Shown here piece after piece: positions 20,246-29,091 of a DNA stretch of 64,000 nucleotides. Under the pieces are notes generated by a model that was not told the DNA's origin, did no database searches, and was given only the letters and a program-made list of their open reading frames with translations. This stretch comes from an uncultured Mycoplasmatota bacterium (GTDB taxonomy: Bacteria; Bacillota_I; Bacilli_A; RF39; UBA660): the NCBI GenBank assembly GCA_900550255.1, contig URQZ01000006.1, forward strand, positions 3,392 through 67,391. Direction: 5' to 3'. Each line of letters starts with the position of its first letter. Within the stretch, counting starts at the first letter, position 1. The translations under genes were made by a program, and so were the position numbers.

Positions 20246-20265
20246 CATTTATATGCTATTTTTTT
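20243..20265 (+). terminator. Rho-independent terminator
   Basis: TAGCAT-ttat-ATGCTA plus TTTTTTT. Confidence 0.65.
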
Positions 20266-20274
20266 AATATATAA

Positions 20275-20306
20275 ATGTTGAATTTTTCAACATTTTGTGA
20301 TACTAA
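20275..20306 (+). promoter_or_regulatory. Sigma-A-type promoter (-35 TTGAAT, 17-bp spacer, -10 TACTAA) with a perfect 19-bp palindrome ATGTTGAA-TTT-TTCAACAT overlapping the -35
   Basis: Read directly. Palindrome 20275..20293, -35 at 20278..20283, -10 at 20301..20306. Confidence 0.45.
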
Positions 20307-20323
20307 TATATTAGGGTGATAAA

Positions 20324-21418
20324 ATGAATAGTATTGAAAGTAAATTAAAACAGTTACGTTTAATGAATAATCTAACTCAAGAAGAACTTGCAAATAGATT
20401 AGGTATTGGACGTGATGCAGTTATAAGAATAGAAAAAGGGATAAGAAAGTTAAGTTTAGAAGAAATAAAAAAAATAACTGAAATCTACAAAATACCACTA
20501 TCTTATCTAGATGAAGATATTATTACTGACAATAATAAAACAATGAAAGGGATTATACTTGCAGGAGGATCTGGAACAAGACTTTATCCCATTACAGAGG
20601 GAATAAGTAAACAATTGATGCCAATATATGATAAACCAATGATTTATTATCCATTGTCAACTTTAATGTTAGCTGGTATTAAGGATATATTAATTATTAC
20701 AACAAAGGAAGAACAACAAGGATTTAAAAATCTTTTAAAGGATGGAAAACAATTTGGTCTTAATTTGGAATATATGATTCAACCTTCACCAGATGGACTT
20801 GCTCAGGCTTTTATTTTAGGAGAAAAATTTATAGGAAATGATGCTTGTGCGATGATTTTAGGTGATAATATTTTCTATGGAAGTGGTTTTGAAAATCTAC
20901 TTAGTCATGCAAAGAACAGTGCATTATCAGGAACAGCTACTATTTTTGGAAATCAAGTAAAAGATCCAGAAAGATTTGGAATTATGGAGTTAGATAAAAA
21001 TAGTAATGTTCTTAGTGTAGAAGAAAAACCAGAAAAACCAAAATCAAATTATGCTATTACAGGATTATATTTTTATCCTAGTGGTGTTAGTCAAAAAGCT
21101 AAAGAAGTAAAACCATCAGCAAGAGGAGAATTAGAAATAACTACTTTAAATGATTTCTATTTAAAAGATGAAAAATTAAAAGCTGAAAAACTAGAAGAAG
21201 GTTTTGTTTGGTTTGATACGGGTACATTCGATAGTCAATTAGAAGCAGCAAATATGATTAAGGCAATTGAAAGCAATCAAGATAAAGTTATATGTTGTCC
21301 AGAAAAAATAGCGTATGATAATAATTGGATTAATGAAGAACAATTAGAAAAAAGAGCAGAATTACTTCATAAGAACACTTATGGTAAATATTTAAAAAAA
21401 GTTTTAAAAAGGAGATAA
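20324..21418 (+). CDS. rmlA: Glucose-1-phosphate thymidylyltransferase (RmlA) with an N-terminal ~70-aa XRE-family HTH domain fused in frame
   Basis: N-terminal 'LRLMNNLTQEELANRLGIGRDAVIRIEKGIRKLSLEEIKKI' is an XRE HTH. It continues without a stop into 'MKGIILAGGSGTRLYPIT...SKQLMPIYDKPMIYYPL', which is RmlA. Confidence 0.8.
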   Translation: MNSIESKLKQLRLMNNLTQEELANRLGIGRDAVIRIEKGIRKLSLEEIKKITEIYKIPLSYLDEDIITDNNKTMKGIILAGGSGTRLYPITEGISKQLMPIYDKPMIYYPLSTLMLAGIKDILIITTKEEQQGFKNLLKDGKQFGLNLEYMIQPSPDGLAQAFILGEKFIGNDACAMILGDNIFYGSGFENLLSHAKNSALSGTATIFGNQVKDPERFGIMELDKNSNVLSVEEKPEKPKSNYAITGLYFYPSGVSQKAKEVKPSARGELEITTLNDFYLKDEKLKAEKLEEGFVWFDTGTFDSQLEAANMIKAIESNQDKVICCPEKIAYDNNWINEEQLEKRAELLHKNTYGKYLKKVLKRR

Positions 21419-21421
21419 ATA

Positions 21422-21994
21422 ATGAAAAAAATAGAAACGAATTTGTTAGATTGTTATATATTAGAACCAGACCGCTTTGGAGATGATAGGGGATATTTTT
21501 CGCCATATTTTATTCAAAAAAATTTAGATGAATTAGGATTTGAACGAGTAGTCCAAGCTAATAGAAGTAAAAGTTCAAAAGGTGTTGTAAGGGGATTACA
21601 TTTTCAAGAAGATCCTAAATGTCAAGCTAAAATAGTTGAGGTTATTAGTGGCGCTGCAATTGATGTAGTAGTTGATATACGTGAAGACTCAGAAACATAT
21701 GGTAAATGGACAAGCGTTCTTTTAACACCAGATAATAATAGACAACTATATGTCCCTCGTGGATTCGCACATGGATTTGTAAGCCTAGAAGATAATACAA
21801 TATTCCAATATTTAATTGATAATGATTATGCACCTGAATTAGAAGGAGGAATTCTTTGGAATGATCCTCAAATAGGTATTAATTGGAAGGAAATATTTGA
21901 AAAATATAATATAGAAAAACCAATTTTATCAGAAAAGGATATTAATCGTGAAACTTTAGCTGAATGTAAAACTATATTTAGGAGGAATAAATAA
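21422..21994 (+). CDS. rmlC: dTDP-4-dehydrorhamnose 3,5-epimerase
   Basis: 'DDRGYFSPYF...RGLHFQ...QAKIVEVISGAAIDVVVDIR...RGFAHGF' matches RmlC. Confidence 0.85.
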   Translation: MKKIETNLLDCYILEPDRFGDDRGYFSPYFIQKNLDELGFERVVQANRSKSSKGVVRGLHFQEDPKCQAKIVEVISGAAIDVVVDIREDSETYGKWTSVLLTPDNNRQLYVPRGFAHGFVSLEDNTIFQYLIDNDYAPELEGGILWNDPQIGINWKEIFEKYNIEKPILSEKDINRETLAECKTIFRRNK

Positions 21995-22863
21995 TGAAAT
22001 TTTTAGTAACAGGTTATAAAGGACAACTTGGATATGATATTGTTAGAGAATTAAAAAAAAGAGGATATAATGACATTATTGCTATAGATAAAGAAGAATT
22101 AGACATAACTGATGAAGTAGCAACAATGGATTTGATCACTAAAGAAAAACCTGATGTGGTATTTCATTGTGCAGCCTGGACAGCTGTTGATAAAGCAGAA
22201 GACTGTGAAGATGCTGTATATAAAGTCAATGTAGAAGGAACAAGAAGTATAATGGATGCTTCAAGAAAAATTGGCGCAAAATTTTTCTATATAAGTACGG
22301 ATTATGTTTTTGACGGAACAAAAGAAGGTTTATATTTAGAAACTGATTCGGTTAATCCTATGAGTGTTTATGGTAAAACTAAATTTTTAGGAGAACAAGA
22401 AGCTAGAAAATATAAAAATAGCTTTATCGTTAGAATTTCATGGGTATTTGGAATAAATGGAAATAATTTTATAAAAACTATGTTAAAGCTTTCAAAAACA
22501 AAAACAGAATTAAATATTGTAGATGATCAAATAGGTAGTCCAACATATACTGTTGATTTAGCCAAAATATTAGTTGATATGGCTAAAACTGATAAATATG
22601 GAACTTACCATGTAAATAATGATGGCTTTTGTAGTTGGGCTGAATTTGCTGAATATATTTTTAAAGTTAATAATAAGGACGTTAAAGTAAATAAAGTTTC
22701 AACTGAAGAGTATTTAAAAATAACTGGTACAAAACAAGCATATAGACCAAGAAATTCAAAATTGAGTAAACAAAAATTAATAGATAATGGATTTGAAATG
22801 TTACCAACTTGGCAAAGTGCGGTTGAAAGATATAGTAAAGAATTAGAAAATAATATAGATTAG
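21994..22863 (+). CDS. rmlD: dTDP-4-dehydrorhamnose reductase
   Basis: 'MKFLVTGYKGQLGYDI...STDYVFDG' matches RmlD. Confidence 0.85.
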   Translation: MKFLVTGYKGQLGYDIVRELKKRGYNDIIAIDKEELDITDEVATMDLITKEKPDVVFHCAAWTAVDKAEDCEDAVYKVNVEGTRSIMDASRKIGAKFFYISTDYVFDGTKEGLYLETDSVNPMSVYGKTKFLGEQEARKYKNSFIVRISWVFGINGNNFIKTMLKLSKTKTELNIVDDQIGSPTYTVDLAKILVDMAKTDKYGTYHVNNDGFCSWAEFAEYIFKVNNKDVKVNKVSTEEYLKITGTKQAYRPRNSKLSKQKLIDNGFEMLPTWQSAVERYSKELENNID

Positions 22864-22878
22864 GAAAAGAGGTAATTT

Positions 22879-23883
22879 ATGAAATTTTTAGTAACTGGTG
22901 GAGCAGGATTTATAGGTAGTAATTATATGCATTATGTTGTAAATAAATACCCAGAAGATTATTTTGTGTGTTTAGATGCTCTAACTTATGCAGGAAATTA
23001 TAATAATATAAAAGATTTAGAAAATATGAAGAATTTCGAATTTGTAAAAGGAGATATTACAGATAGGGAGTTTATCGATAAATTATTTAATGATAAAAAG
23101 TTTGATATAGTAATTAATTTTGCTGCTGAAAGTCATGTTGATAATTCAATTAAAAATCCTGGAATATTTTTAAACACTAATATAATAGGAACTCAAGTTT
23201 TAATGGATGCTTCAAGAAAGTATAATATTAAAAGATATCATCAAGTATCGACAGATGAAGTTTATGGAGATTTACCTCTTGATAGACCAGACTTATTATT
23301 TACAGAGGAAACACCAATTCATACTTCAAGCCCATACTCATCAAGTAAAGCAGGTGCTGATTTATTAGTAGGAGCATATCATAGGACATTTGGACTTCCT
23401 ACAACTATTTCTAGATGTTCGAATAATTATGGCCCATACCAATTCCCTGAAAAGTTAATTCCTGTAGTTATTTCAAAAGCTTTAAAAAATGAACCTATAC
23501 CAGTTTATGGGAAAGGTGAAAATGTTAGAGATTGGATTCATGTTATTGATCACAATATAGGCGTAGATTTAATTGTAAGAAATGGACGTGTTGGGGAAGT
23601 TTATAATTTAGGTGGTCACTCAGAAAGAACAAATTTGGATGTTGTTAAAACAATTTTAAAACAAATGGGAAAATCAGAAGATTTGATTACATATGTTAAT
23701 GATAGACCTGGTCATGATTTGCGTTATGCTATTGACTCTACAAAAGTAGAAAAAGAATTAGGATGGGATAGAACATATACTTTCGAAAAAGGTATTAAAG
23801 AAACAGTTGATTGGTATCTAAATAATCAAGAATGGATAGATAATATTTTAACCGGTGAATATAGGGAAGCTTATAAAAAATAG
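22879..23883 (+). CDS. rmlB: dTDP-glucose 4,6-dehydratase
   Basis: 'MKFLVTGGAGFIGSNY...FAAESHVDNSI...YSSSKAGADLL' matches RmlB. Confidence 0.85.
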   Translation: MKFLVTGGAGFIGSNYMHYVVNKYPEDYFVCLDALTYAGNYNNIKDLENMKNFEFVKGDITDREFIDKLFNDKKFDIVINFAAESHVDNSIKNPGIFLNTNIIGTQVLMDASRKYNIKRYHQVSTDEVYGDLPLDRPDLLFTEETPIHTSSPYSSSKAGADLLVGAYHRTFGLPTTISRCSNNYGPYQFPEKLIPVVISKALKNEPIPVYGKGENVRDWIHVIDHNIGVDLIVRNGRVGEVYNLGGHSERTNLDVVKTILKQMGKSEDLITYVNDRPGHDLRYAIDSTKVEKELGWDRTYTFEKGIKETVDWYLNNQEWIDNILTGEYREAYKK

Positions 23884-23938
23884 GCTTTTTTTTTACACGT
23901 TATTATGTTATAATATAAGACAATGGTGGTGTTTTGGT

Positions 23939-25063
23939 ATGAAGACAAAAGTAAGAGATTCGAATTATGAATTGCTTAGAATTGTATCTATGTTGTTTAT
24001 TATTACATGGCACATTTTAATACATGGAATGGTATTATATCGTACAAGTGGATCTGTAAATTTTAGTTTTAATTTTTTATTTATGATTATAGTTGTCCAC
24101 GTTAATTTATTTATGCTTATTACAGGTTATTATCAAAGTAAATCTGAATTTAAATTAAAAAAGGTTATTTCTTTTCTTTTACAAATAGCATTTTATAATT
24201 TAATTATTAATTCAATTTTTAAAGTATTTGGATTAGTAGAATATACAAATGTTGAATTTTTAAAACAAATAGCTTTTTATAACTCATATTCATATTGGTT
24301 TTTTAGTTGTTATATTATAACTTATATAATAAGTCCTTTTTTAAATAAATTCATTGTTAATTTAGATAAAAAAGAATTTAAAAAATTAATTGGATGTTTA
24401 GTATTATGTTTTAGTGTTCTTCCATTTTTAACAGGAAATTTGTTATTTTCAACAAATGGATACTCAGTATATCAATTTGTATTAATGTATTTTATCGGGG
24501 CATATATAAGAAAATTTAATTTAAATAAAAATTTGCTGAAGAAAATAAATATTTCGCAAAAACGTGTTATCTATATTGTTATTTTTATTTTATGTACAAT
24601 TTTTAATTTTTCACTAATTTACCTTCAAAAACAAATGGCTGTTTTAGATAGTAATATTTTAAATAGTCTTGCTAATATTATGAAAGATTATAGTATTTTT
24701 TATAATAATCCTTTAGTTATTATACAAGCAATTTCTTTGTTTTTATTGTTTGGAACTTTTGATTTTAAAAATAAGGTAATAAATAAAATAAGTTCTTTAA
24801 CATTTGGAGTATATTTAATTCATGAAAGTTATTATATGAGAATGAATTTATATAAGTGGATAAGAATTGATAATGGCAAAATGATATATGGAAAGTCAAT
24901 ATTATTAAAAGTATTTGTTTGTGCTATCATTATATTTATTTTATGTGCAATTATAGAATGGATCCGTCAATTATTATTTAAATTAATTTCAAAATTAAGA
25001 TTTGTAGAAAAAATTGATAGTAAATTTATGACTTGGCTTACAAATATATTGGAGATAAAATAA
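23939..25063 (+). CDS. Acyltransferase family 3 membrane protein (putative glycan O-acetyltransferase)
   Basis: 'YELLRIVSMLFIITWHILIHG' is an acyl_transf_3 N-terminus, with about 10 TM. ATG at 23939 follows GGTGGTG. Confidence 0.65.
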   Translation: MKTKVRDSNYELLRIVSMLFIITWHILIHGMVLYRTSGSVNFSFNFLFMIIVVHVNLFMLITGYYQSKSEFKLKKVISFLLQIAFYNLIINSIFKVFGLVEYTNVEFLKQIAFYNSYSYWFFSCYIITYIISPFLNKFIVNLDKKEFKKLIGCLVLCFSVLPFLTGNLLFSTNGYSVYQFVLMYFIGAYIRKFNLNKNLLKKINISQKRVIYIVIFILCTIFNFSLIYLQKQMAVLDSNILNSLANIMKDYSIFYNNPLVIIQAISLFLLFGTFDFKNKVINKISSLTFGVYLIHESYYMRMNLYKWIRIDNGKMIYGKSILLKVFVCAIIIFILCAIIEWIRQLLFKLISKLRFVEKIDSKFMTWLTNILEIK

Positions 25064-25075
25064 TCTCCATTTTTC
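25051..25075 (+). terminator. Rho-independent terminator
   Basis: GGAGAT-aaaata-ATCTCC plus ATTTTTC. Confidence 0.55.
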
Positions 25076-25130
25076 TTTACTCAAAATTAAATATAAAGTA
25101 TAATTACAATAGAGGTGATAATCATGAAAA
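25066..25130 (+). repeat. Copy 1 of a ~65-bp promoter/leader module (TTTTTCTTTACT...AAATATAAAGTATAATTA...AGGTGATA.TCATGAAA)
   Basis: Near-identical to 26131..26194. Contains -10 TATAAT at 25099..25104. Confidence 0.6.
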
Positions 25131-26128
25131 TACTTGTAACAGGTGGAGCAGGATATATAGGAAGTCATACATGTGTTGAACTTCTTAACAATAATTATGA
25201 AGTTATAGTTTTGGATAATTTTAGTAATAGTAAAAAAGAAGTTATAGATAAAATAAAAAAAATAACTAATAAAGATTTAAAATTATATGAAGGAAATATG
25301 TTGAATGAAGAAATATTAACTAAAATATTTGAAGAAAATAACATAGATTGTGTTATTGATTTTGCAGCCTATAAGGCTGTTGGAGAATCAGTACAAAAAC
25401 CAGTAGAATATTATATAAATAATGTTTCAAGTGTTCTAACACTACTAACAGTTATGAAAAAGTTTAATTGTAAATCATTAGTTTTTAGTAGTAGTGCAAC
25501 AGTATATGGAAATCCAGAAATAATACCTATAACAGAAGAATGTAGGACTGGAGGTACAACTAATCCTTATGGAACGAGTAAACTTTTTGTTGAACAAATT
25601 CTTAAAGATTTATATAATTCTGATAATGAATGGAATATTTGTATTTTGAGATATTTTAATCCAATTGGTGCACATGAATCAGGCCTTATTGGTGAGGAAC
25701 CAAATGGAATACCTGCAAATTTAGTTCCTTATATTTCTAAAGTTGCAAGTGGAAAACTAGAATGTTTAAGTATTTTTGGAAACGATTATGATACAAAAGA
25801 CGGAACAGGAGTTAGGGATTATATTCATGTTGTTGATTTAGCGCTAGGTCACTTAAAAGCTGTAGAAAAGCTTAATAGAGAAAAAAAAGGGTTATATATA
25901 TATAACCTTGGTACAGGTGTAGGCTATAGTGTTTTAGATTTAGTTAATACATTTGAAAAAGTCAATAATATTAAAATTAAATATAAAATCGCACCAAGAA
26001 GAAATGGTGATATCGCAACATGTTATAGTGATCCGTCTAAAGCAAAACGAGAACTAAATTTTGAAGCAACAAAAACATTAGAAGATATGTTGAAAGATGC
26101 TTGGAATTATGAAAAGGAAAATAGTTAA
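25124..26128 (+). CDS. galE: UDP-glucose 4-epimerase
   Basis: 'MKILVTGGAGYIGSHT...YGNPE...YFNPIGAHESG' matches GalE. ATG at 25124 follows AGAGGTGA. Confidence 0.85.
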   Translation: MKILVTGGAGYIGSHTCVELLNNNYEVIVLDNFSNSKKEVIDKIKKITNKDLKLYEGNMLNEEILTKIFEENNIDCVIDFAAYKAVGESVQKPVEYYINNVSSVLTLLTVMKKFNCKSLVFSSSATVYGNPEIIPITEECRTGGTTNPYGTSKLFVEQILKDLYNSDNEWNICILRYFNPIGAHESGLIGEEPNGIPANLVPYISKVASGKLECLSIFGNDYDTKDGTGVRDYIHVVDLALGHLKAVEKLNREKKGLYIYNLGTGVGYSVLDLVNTFEKVNNIKIKYKIAPRRNGDIATCYSDPSKAKRELNFEATKTLEDMLKDAWNYEKENS

Positions 26129-26141
26129 ATTTCCTTTTTTC
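26115..26141 (+). terminator. Rho-independent terminator
   Basis: AGGAAA-atagttaaa-TTTCCT plus TTTTT. Confidence 0.55.
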
Positions 26142-26194
26142 TTTACTATAAACAAAATATAAAGTATAATTATATTAGGTGATAGTCATGAAAA
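26131..26194 (+). repeat. Copy 2 of the ~65-bp promoter/leader module
   Basis: Shares a 12-mer TTTTTCTTTACT and an 18-mer AAATATAAAGTATAATTA with copy 1. -10 TATAAT at 26165..26170. Confidence 0.6.
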
Positions 26195-27327
26195 GAATAA
26201 CAATTTTGGCCCTTCATCTTGGATATGGAGGAATAGAAAACTGTATTTCAAATCTTGCTAATTCATTAGTAGATGATTATGAAGTCAATATTATTTCAAC
26301 ATATAAACTATATGAAAAACCAGTTTTTAAATTAAACGATAAAATTAAAATAAAATATTTAATGACTGACCTAAAACCAAATAAACAAGAACTAAAACAA
26401 TCATTAAAAAAACTAAAATTAATAACTTTTTTTAAAGAACTAAAAAAAAGTCTTAAAATATTAAAATTAAAGAAAAATTTAATGATAGAGGCAATTAAAA
26501 ATTGTGATAGTGATGTCATTATATCAACTCGTGATATTCATAATAATTGGCTTTCTAAATATGGAAGAGATAAAACTTTAAAAATAGGATGGGAACATAA
26601 TCACCACCATAATAATAAAAGATATATAAATAAAGTAACTAAATCCGTTTTAGGTTTAGACTATTTTGTATTAGTATCAAAAGATTTAACTAAATTTTAT
26701 AGTGAAAAATTAAAAGATAAAAAAGTAAAATGTGTATACATACCTAATAGTATTAACTTTTTCCCACAAGAAAAAGCAAAATTAGAAACAGAAAATTTAA
26801 TCTCAATAGGAAGATTATCACATGAAAAAGGCTATCTTGATTTAATTGACATTTTTAAAGAATTACACCAAAAATATCCAGATTCAAAATTAAATATCAT
26901 TGGTGATGGACCGGATAGAAAAAAAATAGAAAAGAAAATCAGAGATAATAAATTAGAAGATTATATAATATTACATGGATTTCAAGAAAAAGAATATATA
27001 AATAAATATTTAGAAAAATCCTCTGTTTATATTATGACATCTTATACAGAATCTTTTGGACTCGTTCTTTTAGAAGCTTTTGCCTATGGTATTCCATGTG
27101 TCGCATATAGTAGTGCAGAAGGTGCAAACGAAATAATCAGTGATAATTGGGATGGTTATCTAATAAAAGATAGAGATAAAAATAAAATGATAAAAAGGAT
27201 ATGTGAATTACTTTCAAATCGTAATAGAAGATTAATAATGGGGGCAAATGGTATCAAAAAAGCTCAAGAATTTAATACTCAAAAAACAAAACAGAAATGG
27301 ATTGAAATTATAAATAGAAAGAAATGA
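26188..27327 (+). CDS. GT4 family glycosyltransferase (GT-B fold)
   Basis: 'ITILALHLGYGGIENCISNLAN' and 'ESFGLVLLEAFAYGIPCVAY' are GT4 motifs. Confidence 0.8.
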   Translation: MKRITILALHLGYGGIENCISNLANSLVDDYEVNIISTYKLYEKPVFKLNDKIKIKYLMTDLKPNKQELKQSLKKLKLITFFKELKKSLKILKLKKNLMIEAIKNCDSDVIISTRDIHNNWLSKYGRDKTLKIGWEHNHHHNNKRYINKVTKSVLGLDYFVLVSKDLTKFYSEKLKDKKVKCVYIPNSINFFPQEKAKLETENLISIGRLSHEKGYLDLIDIFKELHQKYPDSKLNIIGDGPDRKKIEKKIRDNKLEDYIILHGFQEKEYINKYLEKSSVYIMTSYTESFGLVLLEAFAYGIPCVAYSSAEGANEIISDNWDGYLIKDRDKNKMIKRICELLSNRNRRLIMGANGIKKAQEFNTQKTKQKWIEIINRKK

Positions 27328-27331
27328 TAAA

Positions 27332-27805
27332 ATGAAAAAAGTTTTATTTATATCTAGTACAGGTGGACATTTAAATGAATTGTTACAATTAAAAAGTATT
27401 ATGAATAAATACGATTCTTATTTAATTACAGAAAAAACAAAATCAACAATATCATTAAAAGAGGAATATAAAGATAAAATATCGTATTTAATATATGGAA
27501 CGAAACATAATATGCTAACTTATCCCTTCAAATTACTAGCTAACTGTTTTAAAAGTTTGTATTTTTATTTTAAAATCAAACCAGATGTGATTGTAACAAC
27601 AGGAGCTCATTCAGCTGGACCTATGTGTTGTATAGGAAAAATATTTGGAAGTAAAATTATCTATATTGAAACTTTCGCAAATATCCATTCTAAAACAGTA
27701 ACAGGAAGAATCGTTTATAAATTTGCGGACCTCTTTATAGTTCAATGGGAAAGCATGTTAAAATTATATCCTAAAGCAATTTACGGGGGGTGGATTTTTA
27801 AATGA
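27332..27805 (+). CDS. Alg14-like glycosyltransferase subunit (EpsF/Cps14F-like membrane-association partner)
   Basis: 'MKKVLFISSTGGHLNELLQLKSIM' matches the Alg14 family. Confidence 0.65.
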   Translation: MKKVLFISSTGGHLNELLQLKSIMNKYDSYLITEKTKSTISLKEEYKDKISYLIYGTKHNMLTYPFKLLANCFKSLYFYFKIKPDVIVTTGAHSAGPMCCIGKIFGSKIIYIETFANIHSKTVTGRIVYKFADLFIVQWESMLKLYPKAIYGGWIFK

Positions 27806-28284
27806 TTTTTGTAGTCCTTGGAACACAAGATAAAAGTTTTGAACGACTTTTAAAAGCAATTGATGAACAAATTGAAATGAAAAATATAAAAGAAAAAGTT
27901 ATAGTACAAGCAGGTAGTACGAAATATAAAAGTAAAAACATGAAAATATTAGATTTAATCCCAATTAAAGATTTTAATTCATATATAAAAAAGAGTAAAT
28001 ATATAATATCTCATGGAGGAGTAGGAACAATTTTGGATGCTATAAAAATGAAAAAGAAAGTAATAGTTGTTCCTAGATTAAAAGAATATGGAGAACATGA
28101 AAATAATCATCAGATAGAAATAACCGATGAATTTGCTAAAGGCGGATATATAATTCCTTGTAAAGATTTAAATAATTTAGGTAGTGCTATTGAAAAAATA
28201 GAAAAATTTAAACCTAAAGAATATGTTGGCGATAATACAAAAATGATTAATGTAATAACAAATTATATAGATAATTGTAGGTGA
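27802..28284 (+). CDS. Alg13-like catalytic subunit (Glyco_tran_28_C; EpsE/Cps14G-like)
   Basis: 'MIFVVLGTQDKSFERL' and 'ISHGGVGTILDAIKMKKKVIVVPR'. Overlaps the Alg14-like gene by 4 nt. Confidence 0.65.
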   Translation: MIFVVLGTQDKSFERLLKAIDEQIEMKNIKEKVIVQAGSTKYKSKNMKILDLIPIKDFNSYIKKSKYIISHGGVGTILDAIKMKKKVIVVPRLKEYGEHENNHQIEITDEFAKGGYIIPCKDLNNLGSAIEKIEKFKPKEYVGDNTKMINVITNYIDNCR

Positions 28285-28288
28285 TAAA

Positions 28289-28465
28289 GTGAAAAATAAA
28301 ATAGAAAAAGCAATAAAATATGCAGAATCAACTAGTATGATTGAAAATATGAATCCTACAAAAGAGGAACTTAAAACAATCAAACAAATGTTAGAAAATC
28401 CTGATAAAAAACAAATTTTAATTAAAATACAAAAAAAGGAAGAAAAAAATGGCAAGATTAAATGA
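28289..28465 (+). CDS. Small Fic antitoxin (58 aa) carrying the inhibitory [ST]xxxE[GN] motif
   Basis: Translation 'VKNKIEKAIKYAESTSMIENMNPTKEEL...' contains T-S-M-I-E-N. GTG start 4 nt after AGGTGA. Overlaps the fic start by 17 nt. Not in the supplied track because it is under 60 aa. Confidence 0.5.
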   Translation: MKNKIEKAIKYAESTSMIENMNPTKEELKTIKQMLENPDKKQILIKIQKKEEKNGKIK

Positions 28466-29084
28466 TATTATAGAATACAAATCTAAATATTTAGATGAAA
28501 ATGATATTTTGAAAAATAAATTGGATGCTAAAACAATGGTTGAATTGGAAAAAAAAGAAAGACTAATAACGAATTATAAATTAGCTGATTTATATATGAA
28601 AGGTATAACAGGAAAGTTTGATGTAAATCACTATTTGAGTATTCATAAATTCCTATTTGGAGACATCTATGATTTTGCAGGTAAAATAAGATCGGAGAAT
28701 ATAGCTAAAGCAATACCATTTTGCTTACCACATCTTATATATGAAAATCTTGAAGAAACATTAAAATGTGCAAAACGTGATAGTCATAGGTTAACTAATG
28801 AAGACCAACTAATTGAATTTATGGCTGATTATTATGCAAAATTGGATATAATTCATCCCTTTAGAGAAGGTAATGGTCGATGTGAAAGAGAATTCTTTAG
28901 ACAATACATGTTAGAAATAAATAAAATGATTGATTTTGGTGAATATGAATTAGATTATAGTAATATTGATAATAAAGACAATTTTATAAAAGCTGTTATA
29001 ATTGCTGATGCAACTTGCGATTTGACTTTATTAAAAGAATATATGAAATCTATATTGGTAAATAAAAAAACTTTAAGAAAATAG
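28449..29084 (+). CDS. Fic family protein (class I Fic toxin, AMPylation-competent motif)
   Basis: Canonical Fic motif 'HPFREGNGRCER' (HxFx[DE]GNGRxxR). No internal inhibitory motif. Confidence 0.8.
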   Translation: MARLNDIIEYKSKYLDENDILKNKLDAKTMVELEKKERLITNYKLADLYMKGITGKFDVNHYLSIHKFLFGDIYDFAGKIRSENIAKAIPFCLPHLIYENLEETLKCAKRDSHRLTNEDQLIEFMADYYAKLDIIHPFREGNGRCEREFFRQYMLEINKMIDFGEYELDYSNIDNKDNFIKAVIIADATCDLTLLKEYMKSILVNKKTLRK

Positions 29085-29091
29085 GTGAAGT

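Noticed and set aside
23884-23938. Terminator after rmlB
   Set aside because: The stem is only about 4 bp (AAGC/GCTT) before the T-run, which is too weak to call confidently. The region more likely carries the promoter of the acyltransferase gene (-10 TGTTATAAT).
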